Part shown: positions 48,095 through 62,180 of the stretch, in pieces | Layout of the letters: the number at the start of each line of letters is the position of its first letter | Position numbering within the stretch: the first letter of the stretch is position 1 | Origin: Mustelus asterias | Lineage: Eukaryota | Direction: 5' to 3' | Assembly: GCF_964213995.1 (NCBI RefSeq) | Contig: NW_027590191.1 | Location: 1-64,000 of the forward strand | Length of the DNA stretch: 64,000 nt | Notes under the pieces: model-generated | What the model was told of the DNA's origin: nothing | What the model saw: only the letters and a program-made list of their open reading frames with translations | The model's database searches: none | Position numbers and translations under genes: made by a program

Positions 48095-49760
48095 AAGGCC
48101 GGTACCAAAGAAAAGCCAAGCAGGCTGCCTTAATGACTATCGTCCGGTGACTCTGACATTCAATATTATGAAATGCATCAAAAGATTAGTCATGGCATGA
48201 ATCAATTCCAGCCTCCCAGGTTTCCTGGATCCACTACAGTTCACCTACCTCCACCACAGATCCACAAACACCATCTCCCTGGACCTACAGTCAACCCTAT
48301 AACACCGACTCCTGTTTATCGAGTATAGCTCAGCCTTTAACACCATTATTCCTACAGAACTCATGTCCAAAATCCGTGTCCTGGGGCTCGGCTCGTGCCT
48401 CTGCAATTTGATCCTGAACTTCCTGACGCGCAGACAGCAATAAATAAGGACAGTCGACAACAACTCCTCCGAAATCATCCTCAACAGCGGTGCCCCACAA
48501 GGCTGTGTCCTCAGCTCCTTACTATACTCCTGAAACGCCGATGACTGTGCAGCCAAATTTCCCTCCAAATCGATTTCCAATTTTGCTGATGACACTACTG
48601 CAGTGGGTCGCATCTCATGAGATCGAGAACAGAGAAGACATAGAGAATCTGGTGAACTGGTGCGACCACTTCAATCTCTTCCTTAATGTCAACAAAGCAA
48701 AGGAGAGAGTCTTCGACTTCAGGAAGCTGACGGGAGTACATGCCCCTGTCTACATCAATGGGATGAAGTTGAAATGGTCGAGAGCATCAGGTTTTTATGG
48801 TTCCAGATCACCAGCAACCAGTCCTGGTCCGTCCACGAGGATCCTACAATTAAGAAACCCTACCAACGCCTCCATTTTCTCAGAGGTCTAAGGGCAATTC
48901 GCATGTCAGCTATGATTCTCTCCATCCTTTAGAGATACACCATAGAAAACATTCTTTCTGGTTGTATCACAGCGTGGTATGGCTCCTGCTCTGTTCGAGG
49001 CCGCAGGAAACTTCATGAATGGAACACAGTCCATCACTCAAACCTTCCTTTGACACTGTCTTCACTTCCCGATGCCTCGGAAAAGCAGCCTGACTGATTA
49101 AGGACCCTGCGCACCACGGAGATAAACTCTTCCAACTTGTTCCGTCGGAAAAAAAAGATGAAAAAGTCTGAGGACATGTACCAACTGACTCATAGAATCA
49201 TATAAACATTACAGTGCAGAAAAGGCCATTCGGCTCATTGAGTCTGCACCAACAACTATCCCACCCATGTCCTATCTCCTACGTCCCACATATGTACCCT
49301 GCTAATCCATCTAACATACATGTCCCGGGACCCAAATTGGCAATATATCATAGCCCATCAACCTAACCTGCATATCTTTGGACTGTGGGTGGAAACCAGA
49401 GCATCCGGAGGAAACCCACGCAGACCTATGAAGAATGTACAAGTTCCGCACAGAAAGCGATCCAAGCCGGGAATCGAACTCAGGTCCCTGTGAGACAGCA
49501 GCGCTAACCATTGTGCGATCATGCTGCCAACTCAAGAACAGTTTCTTCTCTGCCGCCAACAGACGTTTGAATGGACCTACATCGCATCAAGGTGATCTTT
49601 TTCTACACCCTCGCTATGACTGCAACATTACATTCTGCACTCTTTCCTTCCCTATGTACGGTATGCTTTGTCTGTATAGCACTGAAGGAACTATAATTTT
49701 AACTGTATACTAATACATGTTACAGTAATAAATCAAATCAATTGAGATCAAATCAAATCA
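48095..49760 (+). mobile_element. Rex1/Babar-like LINE, decayed, interrupted by an HE1-like SINE (about 49190-49525, minus)
   Basis: CLNDYRPV, GAPQGCVL and FADD motifs; CCAACT(G)ACTCA / CCAACTCA either side of the SINE; ATCAA tail. Confidence 0.85.
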
Positions 49761-50129
49761 GTCTTTCACATCTCAAGCTGGAACATCAGCATGATGTGCC
49801 CTGGCCTTCCCAATTACGTTATTGGTTGATGATGTAAACGGGACTGCTGTGATCAAGAATTAATTTCCAAGGCTCAATGTGGACACTGGGGAGCTGCGAG
49901 AAACTGGACTTACTCAAAATAATTCCTTTCCAGAGAAACACCACACGTTCTTGTAACCTTGGAAATCGCAACAGGCAATATGTGAGAATGGAGCTGATTT
50001 CAAAGTAAAAATAAGCTTCACTCGTGATGATGGAATCCCTGGGATTGACCCAGGGTCCCTGATTCTGTGAGGCAGCAGTGCTAACCACTGTGCCATAGTG
50101 CCACCCTATAAGGTGTCCTGGAGACATCC

Positions 50130-51830
50130 AAGATCACGCCCAAGACACCATCATCGCCATATACCTGGTCGGGAAATGATCGGAAAACTATCGGAGGGAC
50201 AGAATTAATCTGCACTTCGGGAGGTCAGAATTTATGAACAATAGTCAGCATGGCTTTGTCAGGGGGAGAGCACGTCTAACAATTTGCTGGAATATATTGA
50301 GGACGTGACTGGATGAGTAAATGAGTGAAGTGCAGTCGATGTAGCCCACATGGACTTCAGAGAAGCTTTTGACAAATTCCATATGGGAGAGTGAACAAGA
50401 AAGTGATAGCCGATGGGATCCAGGGCAACTTGGTAAATTACATTCAAAATTGGCTGAGTGGCAGGAGGCAGAGGTTAATGGTCGAAGGTTGCTTTTGTAA
50501 TTGCAAGCCTGTGTCCAGTGGGGTTCCACAGGGATCGATGCTGGGTCCCTTGCTGTTTGTAGTGCACATCGATGATCGAGACATGAATGTGTGAGGTATG
50601 ATCAATAAGTTCGCAGATCAAATGAAAAATTGGTGGTGTGGTAAATATTGAGGAGGAAAGCCTTGGATTACAGGAATCATAGAATCCTACAGTGCAGAAG
50701 GAGGCCATTCGGCCCATCGAGTCGGCTCCGACCACAATCCCAACGAGGCCCTATCCCCATAACACCATTCATTCACACGAGCGAGTCTCCCTGACACTAA
50801 TGCCTATTTAGCCTGGCCAATCCAACTGACCCAAATGTATTTGGCATGTGGGAGGAAACTGGAGCACCCGGAGGAAACGCACGCAGACACGGGGAGAATG
50901 TGGAAACTCCACACAGACTGTGACCCAAGCCAAGAATCGACCACACGTCCCTGGCGTTGTGGGGGAGCAGTGCTAGCCACGGTGCCACCGTGCCGAAGAA
51001 ACGGACAGGCTGGTCTGATGGGCAAATGGAATTTAAACCTGAAAAATGTGAGGGGGTGCATTTGGGTCGACTAACAGGGAAAGGAAATGCACAATGAGCA
51101 GTGTATGAGGAAGTGAAGAGGACCAGAATGAATTTGGGCTGCATATATGACGATCCCTGAAGGCAGCAAGTCAGGTAGATGAGTTGGTTAAGGCGACATG
51201 TAAGAAAGTTGCCTTTAGCTGCCGCAGCTTGGAATATATGAGCTGAGAGGTTGCGATGGAAGTGTACAAAATGCTGGCTGGACAAGAGCAAGAGTACTGC
51301 GTGCAGCTCTGGTCATCACACGACAGGAAGGATGTAATTGCACTGGAGACAGTGGAGAGGAGATTCACCAGGACACTGCCTGGCCTGAAGCTATGAAAAG
51401 AGGCTGGTTGGGCTGGGAGTTTTACCTTACAGCAGTGACGGCAGGAGGGGGAGCGGGTGTAGGGGGTGGTGGTGGGGAGTGCTTTCAGGTGGGGGGGACC
51501 TGAGTGATATGTACAAAATTATGTGGCACCTAGATACGGAGAAACTTTTTCCCTTTAGTAGAGGTGTCAATAACCAGAGGGGCACGGGTTTAAGGTAAAC
51601 GGCAGATTTTTGTGTGGATTTGTGGAAAAATGTTTCCATCCGCAGGGTACTGGGATCTGCAGCTCACGGCCTGAAAGGATGGTCGAAGCGGGAACAACCA
51701 CAAGAGTCATTTAGATCAGCAATTCAAATGCCAGAGCATACAAGGCTGTGGATAGAGTGCTGGAAAATGGGATTCAATTGGATAGGTGTTTGATGACCAG
51801 TTCAGCCATAATGGGCCAAATATCCTCATT
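50130..51830 (+). mobile_element. Decayed CR1 LINE with nested HE1-like SINE (about 50675-50995, minus)
   Basis: QHGF, SGVPQGSMLGP and KFAD motifs with frameshifts. Confidence 0.85.
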
Positions 51831-52144
51831 TTGTGCTGTTAAAATTCGATGACTGTGGGACCACCCTCAGCAGTGGCCCCATCACTTGCAGCTTTCACAG
51901 CGCTGGCTGGAATACCGACCACGTACCAAACCGATGTGGTAGCAAATGCACAATTGCAGCCAGCAGTGAGCTGCCTGGTCTGAGAGAGACATCTGTCAGC
52001 CCTCTGCTGCTGCAGCTAGTTTCAACACAGCAGCTGCTCCCAGATAGCCCGGTGGCACGCAGCTGTTCGTCAGCAACCCCCAACCGGAGAGAGCCCCACC
52101 CGCACCACCTGGACCAATCACCCCCCCTGCTCCACGCCAATTAC

Positions 52145-53300
52145 ATGCAGAGACACGAGAGCCCCTCGCTAACACACTGTCCATGCAGAGAGACAGCGAT
52201 ACCCCCTCCCAAACCCAGTGTCCATGCAGGGAGACAGCGAGGTCCCCTCCCTACCACATTGTCCAAGCAGAGAGGCAAGGAGGCCCCCTCCCTATCCCAC
52301 TGTCCATGCAGAGAGGCAGCGAGACCCCCTCCCTACCCCATTATCCATGCAGAGAGGCAGCGAGACAACCTCCCTTACCCACTATGCATGCAGAGAGGCT
52401 GCGAGGCCCCTCCCTACCCCATTGTCCATGCAGAGAGGCAGCGAGACCCCCTCCCTAACCCACTGTCCATGCCAAGGGACAGCGAGACACCCATCTCTAT
52501 CCCACTGTCCATGCAGAGAGACAGCAAGACCCCCTCCCTAACACACTGTCCATGCAGGGAAGCATCAAGACCCCATCCCTACTCCACTGTGCATGCAGAA
52601 AGACAGCGAGACCCCCTCCCTACCCCACTGTGCATGCAGAGAGGCAGCGAGGCCCCCTCCCTACCCCAATGTGCATACAGAGAGGCAGCGAGACTTCCTC
52701 CCAACCCCACTGTACATGCAGCGAGGCAGCGAGGCACCACTCCTTAACCCACTGTGCATGCAGAGAGGCAGCGAGGCACCCCTCCCTACCCCATTGTGAA
52801 TGCAGAAAGGCAACAAGACCCCCTCCCTACCCCAATGTGCATACAGAGAGGCAGCAAGACTTCCTCCCAACCCCACTGTGCATGCAGAGTGGCAGCGAGG
52901 CCCCCCTCCATAACCCACTGTGCATGCAGACAGGCAGCGAGACCCCACTCCCTACGCCATTGTTCATGCAGAGAGGCAGCAAGGCCCACTCCCTACAGCA
53001 CTGATGGCGTGCAGAGTGGCTGTAGGACCCCCGCACCCCCACGTGCAGTGTGGCAGCGGGGACCACCCCACCCCACAGACAGTGTGCAGAGTGCAGCGGG
53101 TCCCTCTCCCCCCAACAACCACGTGAGAGTGGCGCAGGGACCAACTTACCTCACCAACCGCATGCAGGGTGGAAGGGGGTCACCCTACGCCCCCAAGAAT
53201 CCCGTGCAGAGTTGCACGGGGCCGCTCTCTCTGTCAATGACCGCATACAGAGAGGCAGGGTCCCCTCTACCCCACCACCAATGACGCGCAGAGTTGCTTT
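52145..53300. repeat. Minisatellite, about 41-bp unit, roughly 20 good copies then decaying
   Basis: Unit CATGCAGAGAGGCAGCGAGACCCCCTCCCTACCCCACTGT(C/G). Confidence 0.92.
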
Positions 53301-53639
53301 GGGCCACCCTCCCTACGGCATCGGCCCACAAACCAAGGGCAAAGCTGCCATTAGGCCCCCTCCCTTCAGGCCCCCTCCCTTCAGGACCCGTCCCTTCAGG
53401 TCCGGCCCCTGCAGACCACGGCCTGTAGGCCCCGCTAACTTCAGGCCCCCTCCTGCAGACCCCACCACCTCAGCTCCCACTCCCTGGTACTGCCCAGTGG
53501 ACACTGCCCAAGGGGCACATACCTTTGCCCTCGACCATGCTCGTTGTTCTCAATGGACTTCGTTTCTACCGACGAGGTCCTCAGTACTCGTCCTCATACC
53601 CTCATATCTCTTTGTGCTATAACGCTCCACAACGCCCGA

Positions 53640-54085
53640 CCATTAACTGTACCGATTCGACCTACCAAATCCATCATATCACGTTCATCCAAATTAAACT
53701 CCATCTGCCATTCATCAGCGCACTGGCCCAATAGACCAAGATCCCGTTGCAATCCAGATTGCCTACTTCACTATCCACTATGCCACCAATCATGGTGTCA
53801 GCTGCAAACGTCCTAACCATGGCTCCTAAATTTCCATCCAAATCATTCATACTAAGGTTAAATTACAGTGGAACCAGCACTGATCCTTGAGGCACACCGC
53901 TAGTTACAGGCAACCAGATTGAAAAACAACCCACGACAAGCACTTCTGTCATCAGGCCAATTTGGTATCCAATTAGTTACCTCACCCTGGATCCTGTGAG
54001 ATTTAACCTTATGCAACAACCGACCATGCGGTACGTTTTCAAAGGCCTTGCTAAAGTCCAACGTCAGCTGCACTGCCCTCATTTA
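53640..54085 (-). mobile_element. CR1 RT fragment
   Basis: LDFSKAF..VPHGRL motif (ORF 53900-54082). Confidence 0.8.
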
Positions 54086-54289
54086 CGTGGTTGGTTACTC
54101 CTTGAAATCGGTGGGAGCAGAGTCTTTGAATCTTTTTAAGAAGGCGGTGTGAATATTACCAAGGGTTGGCAAGAATGTGGGATTGACATTACAATCAGAC
54201 CTTGAACGTTTCGAATAGCAGAGCAGGCTTGAGGGGCTGAATGGCCTACTCCTGCTTGTAATATGTATGTGTGCACACGGACAAGAGAG

Positions 54290-54980
54290 CCTCAATTTTG
54301 CAGGTGTCCAGATCACCAACAACCTTTCCTGGACCCTCCACGACGACACTATTATAAAGAAAGCCTACCAATGCCTCTACTTTCTCAGGAGGTTAAGGAA
54401 ATTTGGCATGTCCGCTACCCTCTCACCAACCTTTACAGATGCAAAATAAAAAGCATCCTTTCTGGTTGTATCACAACTTGGTATGGCTCCTGCCCTGTCC
54501 AAGACCGCAAGCAACTGCAATAGTCCATCGCACAATCCAACCTCCCATCCATTGATTCTGTCTACAGTTCCCGCTGCTTTGGAAAAGCAGCCAGCATAAT
54601 CAAGGAACCCTAGCACATTGCACAAACTCTCTTCCACCTTCCTCCATCGGGAAAAAAGATACATAAGTCTGCGCCCACGCACCAACCGACCCAAGAACCT
54701 AATGGACCTACCATATATTATGTTGATCTTTCTCTATATCTTAGCTACGACTATTACACTATATTCTGCAACCCCATATAAAAGCAAATTACTGTGGATT
54801 CTGAAATCTGAAACCAATCAGCTTTGACAAAGGATCATCTGAACTCGAAACGTCAGCTCTTTTCTGTCCGTACAGATATCTCTCAATTCGGCACCCCAGC
54901 CTTTCCATCTCTATGAACTTTGTCTGTGAAGCGCAAAAAAACAATAAATTCACTGTGTGCTAATATATGTGACAATAATA
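54290..54980 (+). mobile_element. Rex1/Babar-like LINE 3' fragment
   Basis: LYFLRRLRKFGMS and SILSGCITTWYG. Confidence 0.8.
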
Positions 54981-55629
54981 AACCTGTTCAAAAATAAGTT
55001 ATGGTAAACAACAATAAAAGTCTACTTTGATCCCAATGTATTACTGTGCCCAATGTTGAGCTCCACACTTTAGAAAGGATGGAGAGAATTTGGAGAGGGT
55101 ACAGAAGAGATTCCCGAGAATTGTTCAGGGCGAACGGAATATACAGTGACCTGGTTAAACTAGAGAAGCTGCTTTTGTTCTCCATAGAACGGAGAAGAAT
55201 ATTCGGAGAGTCGATCGAGGTCTTGAATATTATAAAGAGGTTAAATAACTTATATAGTTCCCGTCCTGCCCATCACAGGTACCGTCGTAGACGGGACACA
55301 GACCATGCAAAGGTCCGTTGACCTCAGGCGGGATTTTCCAGACTTGGGGTAATCTGGAGAAGCGCAAACATAATGTTTCCACTGTCATTACTACTTAAGT
55401 GGCAAATCGGGTTGTTTGTGTTGACTCTGGGGTTAATTTTACGATCCTGCATTGTTAGGAGAAAAGGCCTCTTGTTTTTGGACAGATTTGTTCCAGTGAG
55501 TTTGAGGTTTAATTTTTAAGAGATCTGAGCCTGCAGTTTACTTCTCAGTTTTCGCAGGGGCATCAAGCAAAAAAGATGAGTTCTCTGTCTCCCTGCTCTA
55601 TATGGAAAATCTGCTGGTTATCTCAATAA

Positions 55630-55830
55630 AAAGTCTCAAATCACCAGGCTAAAGACCAACAAGATTATTTGGAATCACGAGCGTCCTCAGAGCTACTCTT
55701 TCATCAGGTGACTGATGAAGGAGCAGCGCTCCAAAAGCTCGTGATTCCAAATGAACACCTTGGTCTTTAACCTGGTATTGTGAGATATCTAACGGTGCTC
55801 ACCCGAGTCCATCGCCGGAATCTCCACATC
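55630..55830. repeat. Palindromic short repeat (Penelope-derived or MITE-like); second copy at about 57275-57500
   Basis: ACCAGG.TAAAGACCAA...TTTGGAATCACGAGC / GCTCGTGATTCCAAA...TTGGTCTTTAACCTGGT arms around a short spacer. Confidence 0.7.
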
Positions 55831-56599
55831 ATGGTTGTCTCAGGGCAACATTTCGCCTTCCGGAAGGAAACTGCAGGCATCGAATCAATGCATTGCATTC
55901 AAGTGAGATTTTAGTTTATTCTGTGTGAAGCCTGTGAAAAAGGTTTTGACTATGAAAGGTTTTGGTTTATTGGATCAGGTTTGATATTCAATTCAGAGTT
56001 ATTTCATTATTATGGTTGTTTACTTTCTGTTGTTTTTGTTTGTAATTGATGAAAGGTATTGCTAATTTTCTGTCTACACATGTTAATTTTATTCTTAAGA
56101 AACTTAGTTTGATAAAAGTTCTCTGATCGGTTGGTGAATCATACCTGACTTGAAACTTATCAGGTTGATCCCAGCCAAACTCAGGATCCAAAACCTATGG
56201 TTCAGGCATTCTCCAAAAAGTATTTTTGAGTTTTAAACATGAACCATAACAAAAGGACATGAGGGAACTGGATGGGTTCTTACATCAATCGACAATGGTT
56301 TCGTGGTCATCATTAGTGAGACTAACTTTCAATTCTACTTTTTGTCAATTGAATTTAAATTCAAACAGCTCCTGTGATGGGATTTGAACCTGTGCACCAG
56401 GGCATGAGCCCAGGCTTAATGTTCCCCCTGGCTGGAGAATTATGATCTTTGTACCAGCATTTGTCATTGACGATTGAGACATTGTTGTCCTGTGAGAGTT
56501 GACCCATTAAGAAACGTAATCTTCCCAAGGAAACATGGAAAGTAGGAGCAGAAGGATGCCATTCAGCCCTTCCAGCCTGTTCCACCATTCATAAGGGCA

Positions 56600-57225
56600 A
56601 AGGGGAAGAGTACAATACAGGAACATGCCCTTTGGCCCTCCAAGCCTGCGCAAATCATCATGTCTCTCTGAACTAAAACTGTATGCACTCACGTTGTCCG
56701 GTTCCTTTCTTCCCCATCCTATTCATGTATTCGCCTGGATGCCACTTAAATGTCACTATCATACCTGCTCCCACCACCTCCCCAAGCAGCGCGTTCCTGA
56801 GATTCACTACACTCTGTACAAAAAGACTTGCCTCGCACATCTCCTCTAAACTGTTCCCCACATACCTTAAACCTATGGCCACTGGTGCTTGACTTTTCTA
56901 CCCTCGGAAGCAGGATCTGACTATCCACTTGTCCATGCCACTCAAAATATTGTAAACCTCTATCAGATCGCCCCTAAACCTTTGTCATTACAGTGAGAAC
57001 TAACCGAGTTTATACAATCAATCCCCATAGCTAATAGCCTGCAGAGCAGGCAACATTCTGGGAAACCCCTGCTGTACCCTCGCCAAAGGATCCTCATCCT
57101 TCTTGTAGTGCAGCAACCAGAATAGTACACAGTCTTCCAAATCAGGCCGAAGTAAGTTTCTGTACAGTTGCAGCATGGCCTGTCAATTTTTATACTCAAT
57201 GCCCCGACCGATGAAGTCAAGCATG
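56600..57225 (-). mobile_element. CR1 3' fragment
   Basis: GHRFKV...FF.Q.VVNL.N.L and CR1 3'UTR. Confidence 0.8.
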
Positions 57226-57509
57226 TTGTTCCCTTGTTTAAGAAATGAAGGAGGGGTAATCCAGGAAAGAAAATATGATGTGGAGATGCCGGTGTTGAAC
57301 GGAGGTAGGCACAGTAAGACGTCCCACAACATAAGGTTAACGTCTAACAGGTTTATTTTGTATCACGTGCTTTCGGAGTGCTGCTCCGTCATCCGCTGAT
57401 TGGACTCCACTCCACTCGCCTGATGATGTAGCAGCGCTCCGAAAGCTCGTGATACCAAATCAACCTGTTGGTCTTTAACCTGGTGGTGTGGGACTTCTGA
57501 CAGGAAAAT

Positions 57510-58620
57510 ATAAGCCGCTCTACCTGAGGTGGGGCCGATTTTGGAGAAGATACTGAGGGACACATATGAACATTGGAAAGAACATGTACGAGTAAGTGAC
57601 AGGCAACATGACTCTGTACGGAAAGGTCATGTCTCACCAATTTGATTTTGAAGAGGTGACCAAGTTAATTGATGAGGGAAGAGCTATGAATGTAGTTTAT
57701 ATGGACTTCAGTAAGATGTTTGACAAGGACCCACATGGCAGTCTGGTACAAAAACTAAAATCACATGGAATTTTGGGTGGGCTAGTTAGATGGACACAGA
57801 ACTGGCATAGTTATAGAAAACATAGATCAGTTTGATAGCTTGTTGTTCAGAATGGATAGCTGCAGCTAGTCGTGTTCCTCAGGGATCAGTGCTGGGACCT
57901 CTGTTCTTTGTCGTATATATCTGGAGGAAAATGTGGGAGGGCCGGATTAATAAGCATGCGGATGACATAAAGAGGCGGAGTTGCTGACAGTGCCGGGGAT
58001 TGTCAGAGGGTATAACAAGATATAAAGAGATTGGGCACAAAAATGGCAGATGGAGTTTAATCCGGACAAATGTGAGGTGATGCATTTTCGAGCAACACAT
58101 TTAGGTGTGAATTATACTGTAAATGGCAGAATCCTCAGGAAAATTAACATACAGAGGGATCTGGGCACGCAGGACCACAGTTCCACAGAAGTGGCAATAA
58201 AGGTGACCAAGGTGATTAAGAAGGCTAATTGTATGTTTAACTTCATCGGACAGGGCACTGAATACAGGAGTTGCCAAGTCATGTGACAGATCTAATAAAC
58301 CTTGGTTAGACCGCATTCTGGTCACCATACAGCCAGATGGCCGTGGAAGCTTTTGAGAGAATGCAAGGGAGGTTCACTAGGATGTTACCTGGTCTCATAG
58401 GCATTGGCCACAAGGAGATATTGAATAAACTATGATTGTTTTCACTGGAAAGGCGGAGGCTGAGGAGAGACCTGAGAGAGGTCTACACAATAATGAAAGG
58501 CATAGACAGGATGGATAGTCAAAGCGTTTTCCCCAGGGTGGAAGTGTCAAATACAAGGAGGCACAGGTTCAAGGTGAGAGGGGGAACGTTGAAGGGAGAT
58601 GTGCGGGGGACGTTTTCAGG
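57510..58620 (+). mobile_element. Decayed CR1 RT fragment
   Basis: VYMDFSK.FDK.PHG, MEFNPDKCEVMHF, FSLERRRLR. Confidence 0.85.
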
Positions 58621-58977
58621 AATATTGGGAATGGAGAGGGGACTGGGGATGAACGTTGTCGTGGAGAATTCCAATCACAGAAGGAGAATGTTGACATTGA
58701 GCGGCTGCCAGAGTGGGAACCAATGTCGCTCAATGAGCATAGGGCTGATGGGTAACCGGGATACGGTGTGGGTTAGGTTACGGGCAGCAGAGTCGTGGAC
58801 GAGCTGAGGCATATGGAGGATTCACGATGGGATTTAATTTTAAGTTTCTTTTTCAGCGTCACAAGTGGACTTACATCAACACTGCAATGAAGTTACTGTG
58901 AAAATCCCCTCGTCGCCACACTCTGGCTCGTGTTCGGGCAACATTGAGGGAGAGGTTCACATGGCCAATGCACCTCG

Positions 58978-60110
58978 AAGAAGATTAGGGCACACGGAGT
59001 TGGGGGTAGTGTGTTAAAGTGGATTGGGGACTGGCTATCCGACAGGAAGCAAAGAGTCGGAATAAATGGGTGTTTTTCCGGTTGGAGGAAGGTAACTAGT
59101 GGCGTGCCGCAGGGATCGGCACTGGGGCCGCAACTGTTTACCATTTATATAGATGATCTGGAGGAGGGGACGGAGTGTAGGGTAACGAAGTTTGCAGACG
59201 ACACAAAGATAAGTGGAAAAGTGAATCGTGTGGAGGACGGAGAAGATCTGCAGAGAGATTTGGACAGGCTGAGTGAGTGGGCGAGGATATGGAGTATAAC
59301 GTTGAGAAATGCGAGGTTATACACTTTGGAGGAAATAATAACAAATGGGATTACTATCTCAATGGAAACAAATTAAAACATGCTACCGTGCAAAGGGACC
59401 TGGGGGTCCTTGTGCATGAGACGCAAAAGCCCAGTCTGCAGGTACAACAGGTGGTCAAGAAGGCAAATGGGATGTTAGCCTATATTGCGAAGGGCATAGA
59501 ATATAAAAGCAGGGATGTCTTGATGCACCTGCACAGGGCATTGGTGAGGCCGCAGCTGGAATACTGTGTGCAGCATTGGTCCCCTTATATGAGGAAGGAT
59601 ATATTGGCATTGGAGGGAGTGCAGAGAAGGTTCACCAGGTTGATACCGGAGATGAGGGGTTTGGATTATGAGGAGAGGCTGAGGAGATTGGGTTTGTACT
59701 CGTTGGAGTTTAGAAGGATGAGGGGGGATCTTATGGAGACTTATAAGATAATGCGGGGGCTGGATAGGGTGGAGGCGGAGAGATTCTTTCCACTTAGTAA
59801 GGAAGTTAAAACTAGAGGACACAGCCTCAAAATAAAGGGGGGTCGGTTTAAGACAGAGTTGAAGGGGAACTTCTTCTCCCAGAGTTTGGTGAATCTCTGG
59901 AATTCTCTGCCCACTGAGGTGGTGGAGGCTACCTCGCTGAATATGTTTAAAGCGCGGACGGATGGATTCCTGATCGGTAGGGGAATTAAGGGTTATGGGG
60001 ATCAGGCGGGTAAGTGGTACTGATCCACGTCAGATCAGCCATGATCTTGTTGAATGGCGGGGCAGGCTCGAGGGGCTAGATGGCCTACTCCTGCTCCTAT
60101 TTCTTATGTA
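58978..60110 (+). mobile_element. CR1 LINE, 5'-truncated, one frameshift near 59290
   Basis: ORFs 59011-59376 and 59277-60023 with SGVPQGS and KFADDTK; 3'UTR ending TTCTTATGT. Confidence 0.93.
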
Positions 60111-60119
60111 TAACAGGCA

Positions 60120-61660
60120 TGTCTATCAAACCTTGGGAGGAAACCAGAGCACCCAGAGGAAACAGATGCAGACACGGGCAGAATGTGTAGAATTCGCACA
60201 GACAATGATCCAAGCCAGGAATCGAACCCAGGTCCCTAGTGCAGTGAGGCAGCAATGCTTAACACTGTGGCACCATGCCAACTATGGAGAAGGGCATTGG
60301 AATATTCAAGCCTGTAACTAACAAAGATGGGAGATGTAATCGGGGTGGAAGAATGTGGTCTTGCTGATGGAAAGCTGAGCTCCAGTACAGAAGAATGCTA
60401 AGTTTGTGAAGAGATTGGTTCAGACTTCGACATCAGCTGGGAGAGGGAGGTTTTTAGTCGATAGGCTCTGAGATCATGATGGGGCCTGGATGTGAAAGCT
60501 CTAATAGATCAACAGCATTACTCAGCACTGGCCACTGCCGGAATTGCTCGTGGAACCCAGAGTCCATCGGGAACCAGAAAGGGAAATTAATGTCAAACAA
60601 TCGGATTCACCAACATTTCTGTCATATCGCTGATTGGTTCGGGTCGTTACAGCACTGTAGAAATAGAGAGTAAATATATCTCTGCGCTGTTCAGCGAAAC
60701 ACTAAGAGAGCAGATGCAACATGAGTATGATACATAGTACACCCCACCCCTTCATGGTCTGTGTGTGTGTGAGCTCAGTCAGCCGGTTTTAACACAAAGC
60801 AAATAAGACCTTTCCTGCTCTGTATGTGGGACTCGCTCTCAGGGAAATCTCCATCGGGTTCTGTGGCACTACAAACGTGCTGGATGGGATAGATTGCAAA
60901 CACAAAACTGCTTGGGAGGCCGTGGCTTAGCGGTATTGTCATAGAATGATCGAATCACGACAGGGCAGAAGTAGGGCATTCGGCCCATTGTGTCTACACC
61001 GACCACAATACCACCCAGGGCCCACTCCCGTAAACGCACATATTTAGATGACTCATCTTTTAACACTAGGTTCGATTTAGCACGGCCAATCAACCTAACC
61101 CACACATCTTAGGACTATGGGAGGAAACCGGAGCACCCGGAGGAAATGCACTGTGACATGGGGAGAATGTGCAATCTCCATACAGACACTAGTTGTCTGT
61201 TGTCACTGGACTTTTAATCCAGAAACCCAGGATATTCCTCTGGGGACCCGCGTTCGAATCCCACCGTATCAGATGCTGAAATTTCAATTCAGTAAAATAA
61301 TTGTAATTAACAGTCTAATGATGACTCTGAAATCATAGAATCCCGACAGTACAGAATGAGACTAGTAAGCCAATCGAGCCTGCACCCAACAACAAGCCCA
61401 CTCAGGCTCTCTCCCTCAAACCCCACATATTTACCCCGGTAATGCCCCAGACAATTAGAGTCAATTCAACACGGTCAAATCACCGAAGCTGCACATTTTT
61501 GGAGTGTGAGTGGAAACTGGAGCACCCAATGGAAAGCCGCGCAGCCACAGAGAAAACGTGCAGACTCCATACAGACACTGACCCAAGCCAGGAATCGAAC
61601 CCATGTCCCTGGCGCTGTGAGGCAGTGGTCCTAACCATTATGCCCCATGCCAACGGAATC
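60120..61660 (-). mobile_element. Cluster of HE1-like SINE pieces (about 60130-60280, 60940-61190, 61330-61650)
   Basis: Repeated GGAGGAAAC.GGAGCACC and CAAGCCAGGAATCGAACCC motifs. Confidence 0.75.
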
Positions 61661-61849
61661 ATTATCAGTTGTTCTAAAAACACATCTGGTTCACTAAATT
61701 CGATGTCACTACGTGGTTTGACCTACACATGGCACTCAAATACACTCTGAAATGGAATGCAGTTAGGGATGGGAAATTAATATCCACGGTACAGCCAGCG
61801 AGTCCACATCTCGTAGAATGAAAAGCTAAAAACATTACCAGGCAATGGT

Positions 61850-62180
61850 GTTATTGTGGCCAGACTATTAATCCAGAAAAACAAACAAAAAATCATAAGG
61901 ACCAAGGTTCGAATCCCGTCACGGCCGGTGGTGGAAGTTGCACTCAATAAAAAAGTCTGGAATTAAGAATCTCCTCATGACTATGAAACCATTGTCGGAA
62001 AAACCCACCTGGTTCACTAATGTCCTTTACGGAAGGAAATGTGCCGTCCTTACCTAGTCTGGCCACATGTGACTCCAGACCCACAGCAATGTGGTTGATC
62101 CTCAACTGCCCTCGGGCAACGACGGATGGGCAATAAATGGAGTCCACCAAACGACACCCATGTCCCACAAATGAATAATT
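61850..62180 (+). mobile_element. Shark SINE-like repeat (family B)
   Basis: GGTTCGAATCCC B-box; GGTTCACTAATGTCCTTTA..GAAGGAAAT; GGGCAATAAATG tail. Confidence 0.75.

Noticed and set aside
51833-53622. Long ORFs (304 aa and others) and a CRISPR-like periodic look
   Set aside because: Products of a stop-poor 41-bp tandem minisatellite; no unique spacers, no cas genes, eukaryotic context
60656-60873. Possible solo LTR (TGTAG...CTACA)
   Set aside because: No target-site duplication and no second copy in the window; unsupported without a repeat-library search
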